Positions 35,651-47,989 of a stretch of 64,000 nucleotides of DNA are shown in pieces. Below the pieces are notes generated by a model that saw nothing but the letters and a program-made list of their open reading frames with translations, had not been told where the DNA came from and did not search any database. The position numbers and the translations under genes are program-made. The stretch covers positions 24,197,365 to 24,261,364 of the forward strand of contig NC_092678.1 in assembly GCF_964355755.1 (NCBI RefSeq), written 5' to 3'. This stretch comes from Antedon mediterranea (taxonomy: Eukaryota; Animalia; Echinodermata). Each line of letters begins with the position of its first letter. Positions within the stretch are counted from its first letter, which is position 1.

Positions 35651-38600
35651 ATGTGGCGTATCAGACCAAAACTGGTAGCATGTCACAAGAAAAGCCTACA
35701 ACTTGCAGCTGCACGCCACATGAGTGCTGACAACAACGATGGCGTGAAGGTGATGGGAATACGTCGAGAGGATTACGGTTCACAGTGGGAAAGAAGAGCG
35801 CCGCTTGCTCCTTCTCACGTTAAGACATTGATTGAGAGTGGTGTCAAAGTGCTTGTTCAAGATAGTAACAGAAGAGCGTACCCTATACAGGTAAGTCTAA
35901 TGATTTTGAGAGTAACAGTAGCACTTTAGCCTATATAAAAAAATGATTATTCATTTGACCATGTTGTGTTAAACAACCAAAATATGCTTAATACTGAAAA
36001 CGAAACTTGACAACACAGAGTACTTGAAATTATATTGCACGCATTATGCCTCCTCAAAAAGTTTATTATTAACTTCATCTAACTTTGACTTTCATCTCTG
36101 TAGTTTGTAATTAATATCTGTACATATTTTGACAAGCCATCTGCTCTGTTTATTTGTTACAAAATATATTTATTTTAGGATTATGAGAATGCTGGAGCTG
36201 AGATCCAGGAAGACTTAAGTGAGGCGTCTTTTATCCTTGGAGTTAAGCAAGTCCCGATTCCAAGACTGGTTGCCAACAAGACTTTCTGTTTCTTTTCACA
36301 CACCATCAAAGCACAGGTTGAGAACATGCCTCTACTTGATGCTATTCTAGAAAAGGTCAGCATACTTTAAGGAGTCTTGTCAAATTGGTTTATTGTAAAC
36401 ATTATCAACATCATCATCCATATCATATCATCAACATCATCCCCATTATCATAATCATTATCATCATCATCCATATCATATCATCAATAGCATCCCCATT
36501 ATCATAATCATTATTATCATCATCCATATCATATCATCAACATCATCCCCATTATCATAATCATTACCATCATCTTCATCATCATTATCAACATCACTAA
36601 TACAACTATTTTTGTGTTTTTACAGAATATTCGTTTAATAGATTATGAAAAGATTGTTGATGATAGCGGGAAGCGTCTTGTTGCATTCGGAAAGTTTGCA
36701 GGATTAGCGGGAATGATCAACATTCTTCATGGCATGGGTTTGCGACTGCTGGCCCTCGGACATCATACTCCGTTTTTGGTAAGCTATTGGAAATATTACA
36801 AACGGAAACACAACACAAATACTTTATAGCCAGTTTATGTTACTGGACATTTTATATTGTAAACTGTGACCATTGTTGATGAAGACTATTAATCAAGATT
36901 TAGTTGAATTCCATTATTTCATTTATTTCATACACATCCAACAGCGAGCACAAAATTGCCAATTAAGGATGGATAAACTATTTCATAATTTATCGTGTTT
37001 ATGATAATTTATAAGTTTCATTTGAGGCTTATGGAGTAGATTGAGTTATGAGTTAGAACCCTGGCACTAGGTCAGGATTGAACCCGGGCACTAGGTCAGG
37101 ATTGAACCCTGGCACTAGGTCAGGATTGAACCCGGGCACTAGGTCAGGATTGAACCCGGGCACTAGGTCAGGATTGAACCCTGGCACTAGGTCAGGATTG
37201 AACCCTGGCACTAGGTCAGGATTGAACCCGGGCACTAGGTCAGGATTGAACCCTGGCACTAGGTCAGGATTGAACCCGGGCACTAGGTCAGGATTGAACC
37301 CGGGCACTAGGTCAGGATTGAACCCGGGCACTAGGTCAGGATTGAACCCTGGCACTAGGTCAGGATTGAACCCGGGCACTAGGTCAGGATTGAACCCGGG
37401 CACTAGGTCAGGATTGAACCCTGGCACTAGGTCAGGATTGAACCCGGGCACTAGGTCAGGATTGAACCCTGGCACTAGGTCAGGATTGAACCCGGGCACT
37501 AGGTCAGGATTGAACCCAGGCACTAGGTCAGGATTGAACCCAGGCACTAGGTCAGGATTGAACCCAGGCACTAGGTCAGGATTGAACCCGGGCACTAGGT
37601 CAGGATTGAACCCTGGCACTAGGTCAGGATTGAACCCTGGCACTAGGTCAGGATTGAACCCTGGACCTAGGTCAGGATTGAACCCAGGCACTAGGTCAGG
37701 ATTGAACCCTGGCACTAGGTCAGGATTGAACCCTGGACCTTGGAAGGCAAGAACGTTAACCACCAAGCTGCAGAATTATATTCTTTATTTTGTGTATTTT
37801 TCAGCACATAGCAGCTGCTCATAACTATAGAGACAGTAGCATGGCACGGCAAGCAGTACGAGAAGCGGGCTACGAGATTGCTTTGGGTCGACTACCTAAG
37901 TCTATTGGCCCAATGACGTTTGTGTTTATGGGGGCAGGAAATGTATCTCAGGTTAGTGACCGATTAGAACGAACCCCTATGTTTACCATTCATTTATTAT
38001 TACTATTTCATAATCATTGTACATATAAAAAAATATAACACATAAAAAAAAAATCTTTATATACACAACTATACTGAAGACACAATAACAATCACCCATG
38101 TTTATTCAGAGATACTTTCCCAAGAAATGAACCAGCAGCAATATATGTTTTTTTTCATTCAGGCTTATTGCCTGACTTTATTTTTTGCTATAACATCACT
38201 ATTCATTAAAAGGACAAGGTTCAAAATATGTGGTTTTACTGTGTCTTTATGTTTACAATAGTAAATCTTACTTCAACAGACGCCTCCTACCATCTAAATA
38301 TTATTCTGTCTTATTTATTTTTATCAAGGGTGCTCAAGAAATTATTTCTGAACTACCGTTAGAATATGTCAGACCATGTGACCTGAAAGATGTGGCTGAG
38401 AATGGAGGTTTGTAGAAATATTTCTTTATTAATAAAACATGAAATGAATAAAGACTGTATTATAAGCAATTTAATAATTTCTAATTTATTTATTCACCGT
38501 TAAATTGTGACTAACTTGCGTATTGTATTGAAGATTTTTGCAATCTTATTTTGTAGATCATAGAAAAGCATATGCCACAGTTGTAAGACGGAAAGATCAC

Positions 38601-41600
38601 TTAGTGCACAAAGACGGGGGAAAGTTTAACCTGGAGGAGTATACTAACCATCCAGAGAGATTTAGATCTGTGTTTAGTGAAAGGGTAAGTGCGTGTCATA
38701 GTGATAAGAAATAAGGAAATTTGGTTTCAGTTTAGTAATTAATGATTAATAGTTCATGAACTATTAGTATTACTTTTTAGCTTCAACTTTTATATCTATG
38801 TATTTCCTGTTGATAGCTTTATCTAGTTTGTAATCTAATTTGTATGTCAAATAACTGTTTGTCGCCCTCTGTAGATTGCGCCATACAGCTCCTGTATCAT
38901 CAATGGCATCTTCTGGGATGTCAATCATCCACGTTTCCTTAGCAACATGGATACAAAGACCCTCCTCAGTCCTGAGATGAGCCCCAAGACGGATGAAGCT
39001 CCAGGATGTCCCAGACTACCACACAGACTGATCGCCATCTGTGATATCACGGCAGATCCAGGGGGCGCTATTGAGTTTGTGACGGAATGTACAAGTATAG
39101 AAGCTCCGTTTACATTGTATGACGCTGACCATAGACATCAACACTTTAAAAGTTTAAGGTAATTTATTATATTATCATTAATAATTATTTGTTTCACAAA
39201 CTTTTTAATTACAATTCCGTTTACAAGGCAAGCCAAGAAAATGTCATGTTTACAGTATTTGAACCCAGGAATCTGGAATTAGAGGGATGGCACACCTACA
39301 ATCAATTGTATTTTCATTATAACTCTATATACCTTCATATTTGCTGCTAGATTTTCTGGTGATGGTGTGCTTGTGTGTAGTATTGACAACATGCCCACCC
39401 AATTGCCAAGGGAAGCTACTGACTTCTTCGGAGACTTGCTTCTACCATGGGTGCCTGAAATGGTAAGTTCACTTGCAGGTCATAGGTTATTTAGTTCTAG
39501 TTGTCCCATGACCTAGGGGATTGTAAGGCCATAGCAGATGAGATACAGTAATAGTACGCATCATAATACGATACACAGGCATAAGCTATATCTCACAGTG
39601 GTGCCTATCTCCTCTATGTTAAACATACTATTATAAAATGTCCAAGAAAGACCGATGTAATTTCCCGATCGTAATCAAAAACGGTACTGGGTTTGGTCTA
39701 CTAGCATTCCTGCTCCCAACCAGTCATCCATTCATAGAAGCATTAATGAAGTAAGCCTACCTGGTGGTGGCCATAGAACGGTCCTGAGATAACGACTATA
39801 CTTCGGCTTTAGTCGATAGAAAATTGAAAAAATACTGAATACTTAGTAAAAATTATAATTACTAACATTTAAAAATTAATAATCACAAAAATATTCTCTC
39901 ATATGTAGCTCAAGTCAGACGCCACAATTCCACTTGAGAAGCAACACTTATCAAGAGTTGTGTACGATGTAAGTATGCACTTCAATTCAACCATCGTTTG
40001 TATACTACATACGCAAAAACAGCAAATTTTAACTTTAGATTTTAATCTTTTGTGTTTTTTTTTCAGGCTGTAATTGCATCAAATGGTGAATTAGCTCCAA
40101 AATACCATTACATAGCAGACCTGAGGAAGAAAACAGATCCGTAAGTTTATAGTTACTAAATTTTACCTAAAAATCGTAATTTACTATATCATAGAAGTAT
40201 GTGTTACACAAAGCGGCTGCCTGTATTTAGTACAGCATATTGTGAATAAGTGTATGCAGGCTGTGGCTGAGTAACTCCTCTACCCCAAACATTAATGGTT
40301 TTGTGGGACTATAATAAAGATGTTTTATGTGCTTAACTTTGCTTTCAGAAGCTTAGCCGTTGTAAATGGAGCTGAGAAGCAGAAGGTGTTACTTCTTGGT
40401 TCAGGTTATGTATCAGGACCAGTTGTTGAATACCTTACAAGAGACACAGGAATTGAAGTTACAATTGGTAAGTTAAAATGCTATTTGGAAATCTTCTAGT
40501 TCTAGTTGACCCATGACCTAGAGGATCATAAAGGCGTAGCAGATGGGATACAGTGTTGTACTCATCATGATACGATACACAGGCATAAGCCATATCTCAC
40601 AGTGGTGCCTATCTCCTATACAGGCTGACAGGGTTTTGCAGGATGGCCGGAAACCTTACCACACCAGAAAACAAAATGCTCTTGTTATTTAGATATTTTA
40701 ATCTTGTTTCTTAGCTTCTTCAATCAAAGACGAGGCCGAGGATCTAGCATCTAAGTACGATAACACAAGGGCGGTATACCTTAACGTCAAAAGTCATGAA
40801 GCTCACTTACATCAACTGGTGAAGAAACATGACATTGTTATTAGGTATAGTATTTTGTTTTTATGTTGTGTAAAGCAGCTCTGTCTACACTATCAAAGTA
40901 GTTTAATGTGCCCAAATATGGTAGTGATATGATGACAAACACATCCTGGGGCAGGCCTTGTATGTATCTATTTGTATTTACAGTAATCTATTTGTATTTA
41001 CAGTAATCTATTTGTATTTACAGTAATCTATTTGTATTTACAGTAATCTATTAGTATTTACAGTAATCTATTAGTATTTACAGTAATCTATTTGTATTTA
41101 CAGTAATCTATTTGTATTTACAGTAATCTATTTGTATTTACAGTAATCTATTTGTATTTACAGTAATCTATTTGTATTTACAGTAATCTATTTGTATTTA
41201 CAGTAATCTATTTGTATTTACAGTAATCTATTTGTATTTACAGTAATCTATTTGTATTTACAGTAATCTATTTGTATTTACGGTAATCTTTTTGTATTTA
41301 CGGTAATCTTTTTGTATTTACAGTAATCTATTTGTATTTACAGTAATCTATTTGTATTTACAGTAATCTATTTGTATTTACAGTAATCTATTTGTATTTA
41401 CAGTAATCTATTTGTATTTACAGTAATCTATTTGTATTTATTTATTTATTTATTTTATTTATTCATTTCCCAACCAACAGTGAGCTCATGGTTCACCACT
41501 TACAGGAGGGAACACAGACAAACACGTACATATACAAACAAACATTAAACTAAACTACTAACAATGTTACGAAACTTACGGAAATTATTACTAAAAATAT

Positions 41601-44600
41601 CTAACTCAGGGTTTCTTAAAGTAAAAGAATTGTAAGTTTGACTTAATCTACTAATAAAACCATTTTTTAAAACATTTACTCTACTAAAAGGAATATGAAA
41701 AGTAGTATTTCTTCTAAGACGACGACTAGGGACTCTAAGATAAAAATTGCTAACTAAGTTACAGTCAAATAAAGAATTAATACATTAATTTACAGTAATC
41801 TATTTGTATTTACAGTAATCTATTTGTATTTACAGTAATCTATTTGTATTTACAGTAATCTATTTGTATTTACAGTAATCTATTTGTATTTACAGTAATC
41901 TATTAGTATTTACAGTAATCTATTTGTATTTACAGTAATCTATTTGTATTTACAGTAATCTATTTGTATTTACAGTAATCTATTTGTATTTACAGTAATC
42001 TATTAGTATTTACAGTAATCTATTTGTATTTACAGTAATCTATTAGTATTTACAGTAATCTATTTGTATTTACAGTAATCTATTTGTATTTACAGTAATC
42101 TATTTGTATTTACAGTAATCTATTTGTATTTACAGTAATCTATTTGTATTTACAGTAATCTATTTGTATTTACAGTAATCTATTTGTATTTACAGTAATC
42201 TATTTGTATTTACAGTAATCTATTTGTATTTACAGTAATCTATTTGTATTTACAGTAATCTATTAGTATTTACAGTAATCTATTTGTATTTACAGTAATC
42301 TATTTGTATTTACAGTAATCTATTTGTATTTACAGTAATCTATTTGTATTTACAGTAATCTATTTGTATTTACAGTAATCTATTTGTATTTACAGTAATC
42401 TATTTGTATTTACAGTAATCTATTTGTATTTACAGTAATCTATTTGTATTTACAGTAATCTATTTGTATTTACAGTAATCTATTTGTATTTACAGTAATC
42501 TATTTGTATTTACAGTAATCTATTTGTATTTACAGTAATCTATTTGTATTTACAGTAATCTAATTGTATTTACAGTAATCTATTTGTATTTACAGTAATC
42601 TATTTGTATTTACAGTAATCTATTTGTATTTACAGTAATCTATTTGTATTTACAGTAATCTATTTGTATTTACAGTAATCTATTTGTATTTACAGTAATC
42701 TATTTGTATTTACAGTAATCTATTTGTATTTACAGTAATCTATTTGTATTTACAGTAATCTATTTGTATTTACAGTAATCTATTTGTATTTACAGTAATC
42801 TATTTGTATTTACAGTAATCTATTTGTATTTACAGTAATCTATTTGTATTTACAGTAATCTATTTGTATTTACAGTAATCTATTTGTATTTACAGTAATC
42901 TATTTGTATTTACAGTAATCTATTTGTATTTACAGTAATCTATTTGTATTTACAGTAATCTATTTGTATTTACAGTAATCTAATTGTATTTACAGTAATC
43001 TATTTGTATTTACAGTAATCTATTTGTATTTACAGTAATCTATTTGTATTTACAGTAATCTATTTGTATTTACAGTAATCTATTTGTATTTACAGTAATC
43101 TATTTGTATTTACAGTAATCTATTTGTATTTACAGTAATCTATTTGTATTTACAGTAATCTATTTGTATTTACAGTAATCTATTTGTATTTACAGTAATC
43201 TATTTGTATTTACAGTAATCTATTTGTATTTACAGTAATCTATTTGTATTTACAGTAATCTATTTGTATTTACAGTAATCTATTAATTGTTTTTTTTTTC
43301 TTCTTTAGTCTACTACCAATACCATTCCATCCAATGGTTGCTGAGGTTTGTTTAGAACATCGTAAGAACTTGGTAACAGCTAGCTACACTAGTCCAGCAA
43401 TGAGAGCCCTCCATAAAGAGTAAGTACTTAAGGGGTTAAGCTCTGTCTACAATATTGAAAGAATAAGCTATCGCAGAATAACCGTATATAGACTTAGTCG
43501 CATGGTACATCATGAAAACATTTGAAGGTGTTTACCCTTTGCTTTGTTACAGTGCTGTGGATGCTGGTGTTATATTCCTGAATGAGTGCGGCTTGGATCC
43601 AGGTATTGATCACATGTTGTCCATGGAATGCTTTGACTATATCCATGATAAAGGAGGAAAGGTAGGTAACCTAATGGAATGCTTTGACTATATCCATGAT
43701 AAAGGAGGAAAGGTAGGTAACCTATTGGAATGCTTTGACTATATCCATGATAAAGGAGGAAAGGTAGGTAACTTAATGGAATGCTTTGACTATATCCATG
43801 ATAAAGGAGGAAAGGTAGGTAACCTAATGGAATGCTTTGACTATATCCATGATAAAGGAGGAAAGGTAGGTAACCTAATGGAATGCTTTGACTATATCCA
43901 TGATAAAGGAGGAAAGGTAGGTAACCTAATGGAATGCTTTGACTATATCCATGATAAAGGAGGAAAGGTAGGTAACTTAAACCATGGAAAAGTGAACTTA
44001 AATTCTTTACTACGTTACTATTTATATCCAAATACATTACTTTACATTTGAACACATTTAATACATTTATTTATGTATTCTTAGTGTTATTTATCCTGTA
44101 TGTATTATTTATTTTCATGATATTACATTCAGTTGGCTCATTGATCATACTTATATACTTATGTTCTTAAATGCATTATTTACATTTTGTTGAAATTTGA
44201 TATATTATTTAGCATGTGTTATTTTATGTTCTATATAACATCAGGTGACATCATTTGAGTCATGGGCTGGTGGACTACCTGCTCCTGAACACTCTGAGAA
44301 CCCTCTACGCTACAAGTTTAGGTTGGTTCAAATTTTAACAGTTTTTACAATGTAAAAATCTAATACTTTAAGATGACGTGAAATACTTAAGTAAATCTAC
44401 ATCAAAGAACTTATAACACAAGAATCTCCTGTTCTTCAATTTGCATTCAAAACACAGTATCGGAAGTACGGGGTTAAAAGGTCAAACTGGGCGACGCCAT
44501 TTCACAGCATGGAGCAGTGCCCACTCCAAACTAGGAAGTCAATTACTCTACCCCCCCCCCCCCCCCTAGAGTATTAGCAGATCCCCTCTATGATTTTGAC

Positions 44601-47600
44601 TTTCTAATTTGATGCGGGCGCCCTACTCCTCAGTCAATTACTCTATCCCCCCTAGAGCATTAGCAGATCCCTCTATGATTTTGACTTTCTAATTTGATGC
44701 AGGCGCCCTACTCCATGGCTCACAATGGCGCCACCCATAGCTCTATTCTATCCCACAATGCCTTTCGAAATTGTTACGCGCTTCGGACGAACAGGAGATT
44801 CTTGTGTTATAAGTTCTTTGATCTACATCACTAGAATGATAGACTTATAGGCATAAACTGATAGTATGTCTACCTGCCTACCTCATAGGTTACAAAGTGA
44901 CTCTATTGCTATAGGCATAAACTGATAGTATGTCTACCTGCCTACCTCATAGGTTACAAAGTGACTCTATTGCTATAGGCATAAACTGATAGTATGTCTA
45001 CCTGCCTACCTCATAGGTTACAAAGTGACTCCATTGCTGTGGAGCTAATAGAACCGTGCAGGTGAGAACAAACAAACCTTATAGACCATTTTGTTTACTG
45101 TACCAATTTAAACGAACCAAAATAAACAATTCATAATTTAAATAGATTCAAATTATTGTGTGTTTTTTTTTTAAACAAATTTCATAAAATGGTCTATAAA
45201 CTGCACATTGGTTTTAATTGCTTCTTTGATTTTGTTTTCTTTTCTTTCTTTTTAGTTGTCTTCGCAAATTGCTTATATCATTTCCTGTACTTTGACTACA
45301 AAACTTTTATTTTAAAATTTATGTTTACAAAATTGCTTTCTATGTGCTTATAATAATATGGTTTATAATAATTTTGTTGTTCATTGTTTACTTTACAATA
45401 ACAAAATTAACATTAATGTGTTACTACTTAACATTTTGGCACACATGGTGGGCCATACCTACTGTATATTACAAGAAACAACAACATACTTGTGGAAAGT
45501 CTATGTAATTTATGTGTTATCCAAAATATAAAATATTTAGAAGATTGGAAATGTATCGGTGTTTATTTATTAAGAAGATTTTGATGCTTGGTTGTTATGG
45601 TAACTGTCTAGCAGTTAAAGTCATGGGTCAGATGTCTTTATTTTGTACTACGGCTAAAAATGCCTTTTTTTCAATATGGTATGCCTAAAATTGTAATAAG
45701 ATAATTTGTTATTATCAGCTGGAGTCCGTACGGTGTTCTCAGCGGTCTTGGGCGTGATGCCAAGTTTTTACGCAACAAAAAAGAAGTGTACATCCCACCA
45801 GGTCATCTGATGAAATCTAGCAAAGATATGACCTTCTTACCAGGGTTCAACCTACAAGGTTATCCTAACAGAGACTCGACTCAGTACGTCTTCACGTATG
45901 GGGTGCAAACCGTGGATAACTTTATTCGAGGCTCACTACGATACAAGGTAAAGTTTTCAGTATTATAGCTATATGATAATTATGATTAAAGACATCATCT
46001 ATTTACAATTTGATTTAATAAGGGCAATTTCCATTACATAGAAAATTAATGTTTATCTTCAACAGTGTTATTAATTAGTGTCTATTTAAATGTCTGAGAT
46101 TAATTGTTTTTCTATTTACACATTTTATGACCATTCAATGTTATGCAGGTTACTGCCATACAATTGTCTATTTAAACTAAGATAACTAGATAGGCTATTT
46201 ACACTTTTCTGCCACGTGACATTCAATTCACATTTATTTACTCATCGTTTATAAATACAGTTTCATAGCATAAATGATGGCAAGGATCCTGCATAGAGAA
46301 GTTTACACTTCTGTTTTCGCAGGACCCTTTTACATAAAAAACATAAAACAATAAACACAACATAATAGATACAAAATAAAAAAAAAGCATTTCCTATATA
46401 CATTTTAGAGTTGTTCATCATCAAAAAGCGATAGTGTTTTTCTAACATGATTATTTATACATTTTTTCTTAAAAATTGTTATATCTTTACAGGGTTACTG
46501 CCATGCATCCAATGGTCTATTCCAACTTGGACTCATTGACAATAATCCACATTCAGCTCTTCATGAAGAAGCTCCAGCAATTACTTGGGTAAATCATAAG
46601 TATTGGTATTTATTTCACATCATCTGCTAATTAGGACTAATATACTATACAGATAAAAGATAGTGCTAGATACAATGTAGTCATGAAAGTAAAGAAAAGC
46701 TCTGTCTACATTATCAAACTTTATGTGACAAAAAAATGTGATGTGCCCATATATGGACATGACCGTGTCATATCACGACCATATTTGGGCACATCACACT
46801 TTTTTTGTCAAAATAAGGTTTATTGCTGGTTGTATATGAAAATTATTGTTGGTATTCTAAAAACTTTTTATTTATTTGCGTAGCGCGAGTTAATGTGTGG
46901 TCATTTTGGACAAGACACCGGTACCAGTGCTAACGTTCTCAAACAAATGGTATTTGAGAAATTAGGAGAAGATGAAGAGGCTGCTAATGTAGTAGATGAG
47001 TATGTTCCAATATGTCTGCTAGTACAACTTACTTACTTGCCAATCTTGTGAATTTTATCAAGATTGTTTATACAGTATTTCCATTACCTAAACCCCATAG
47101 TAAGACTCGGGTAGTTGATCATTGAAAGGCTAATTTATTTTAATTAAACTACTTGATAATTGTGTTCATTATTTTGTAGACTTGGCCTTCTTGCAGACTC
47201 ACCTGCTGAGAGGAATGGAACTTTATTACAGAGTCTATCAAACCATCTGAGCAAGAGGCTAGCATACAGTAAGCACAGTCATTTTACATACAGTACTTAG
47301 ATCGCTTTGTTGAATACTTAGATGATATATATTTTTTAAATATTTGTTACAATAAATTCAGATATAATTTGATAGTTTGATTATTTGCAGGGGACGGAGA
47401 ACGTGATTTAGTAATAATGCGTAATCAAGCTGGCGTAGAATGGAGTAATGGTAACCGAGAGACTCATGAGGTCTCCCTTGTTGTGTACGGTGATCCGTAT
47501 GGCTTCTCAGCAATGGCAAAGACTGTTGGTTACCCAGCTGCAATCGGGGCTAAGATGATTCTTGAAGGTATTGTATGATCTGGTATTGTATGATCTTTAG

Positions 47601-47989
47601 AACCCTTATAAGGAGTCCTGAATAAGGGATTCCCTGAATAAGGGATTCCCTGAATAAGGGATTCCCTGAATAAGGGATTCCCTGAATAAGGGATTCCCTA
47701 AATAAGGGATTCCCTGAATAAGGGATTCCCTGAATTAAGTTGGATGTATATATCCATATATTCTTGCTCATTTCACAGGAAACTGTCACCTTAATAGGGG
47801 TGTCCTAAATGTTTGTATTTAAGCGGTGCCAGTTTTATGTTTTAAATACATTTTCCTACAATTTTATTTTCAGGTGAAATTGTTGAGAAGGGTGTCATGA
47901 TTCCACTAGGCAAAAACATTTACAAACCAATTCTAAATCGACTGAAAGTTGAAGACATCATGGCCAGTACAAATATCAAGTATCATTAG
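35651..47989 (+). CDS. AASS: Alpha-aminoadipic semialdehyde synthase, mitochondrial (lysine-ketoglutarate reductase / saccharopine dehydrogenase)
   Basis: About 21 GT-AG coding exons. Mitochondrial-type presequence; motifs [91 protein letters not shown]. Stop TAG at 47987-47989. Confidence 0.96.
36400..36596. repeat. (ATC)n-rich low-complexity repeat with a ~55-bp higher period
   Basis: Repeated ATCATCATCCATATCATATCATCAACATCATCCCCATTATCATA. Confidence 0.85.
37055..37770 (-). repeat. 24-bp minisatellite (~28 copies) amplified from the B-box region of a tRNA-derived SINE head
   Basis: Reverse-strand unit GGGTTCAATCCTGACCTAGTGCC(A/C/T). It is preceded on the reverse strand by AGCTTGGTGGTTAACGTTCTTGCCTTCCAAGGTCC (A-box-like, tRNA 5' half) at 37770-37735. 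Confidence 0.9.
39494..39615. repeat. Dispersed repeat (SINE-tail-like); second copy at 40494-40620
   Basis: TTCTAGTTG(T/A)CCCATGACCTAG...GATACACAGGCATAAGC(T/C)ATATCTCACAGTGGTGCCTATCTCCT occurs in two AASS introns. Confidence 0.8.
40966..43283. repeat. 20-bp minisatellite (~95-100 copies) interrupted by a LINE fragment
   Basis: Unit TAATCTATTTGTATTTACAG at ~40966-41440 and ~41788-43283. Confidence 0.99.
41437..41788 (-). mobile_element. 5'-truncated LINE (CR1/L2/Jockey-type) 3' end inserted in the 20-bp array
   Basis: Reverse strand reads [52 protein letters not shown]...DIF...* (ORF2 C-terminus-like), then a short 3' UTR and an (AATA)n tail. Confidence 0.8.
43623..43985 (+). repeat. 51-bp tandem repeat x7 spanning an AASS exon 3' end and its splice donor
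   Basis: Unit ATGGAATGCTTTGACTATATCCATGATAAAGGAGGAAAG|GTAGGTAACCTA encodes [17 protein letters not shown]. Confidence 0.98.
44403..44820. mobile_element. Non-autonomous DNA transposon with perfect 32-bp TIRs and an 8-bp target-site duplication (P-element- or hAT-type)
   Basis: atctacat|CAAAGAACTTATAACACAAGAATCTCCTGTTC...GAACAGGAGATTCTTGTGTTATAAGTTCTTTG|atctacat. Confidence 0.92.
44846..45039. repeat. 64-bp tandem repeat x3
   Basis: TATAGGCATAAACTGATAGTATGTCTACC... starts at 44846, 44910 and 44974. Confidence 0.95.
47617..47734. repeat. 16-bp tandem repeat x7
   Basis: (CCTGAATAAGGGATTC)n, a semi-palindromic unit resembling Tc1/mariner MITE subterminal motifs. Confidence 0.93.

Noticed and set aside
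36875-36912. Penelope-type hammerhead ribozyme-like motif (TGATGAAGACTA...TAGTTGAA); similar at ~39783-39822
   Set aside because: The CUGAUGA/GAAA core is not intact, and stems I and III could not be identified.
37715-37770. Possible tRNA gene
   Set aside because: Only A- and B-box-like motifs are present. There is no complete cloverleaf or acceptor stem, so it is treated as a SINE head.
37053-37824. 237-aa and 248-aa repetitive ORFs (PGFNPDLV / NPGTRSGL), superficially 2A-like NPG repeats
   Set aside because: They come from a 24-bp SINE-derived tandem repeat and lack the DxExNPGP context.
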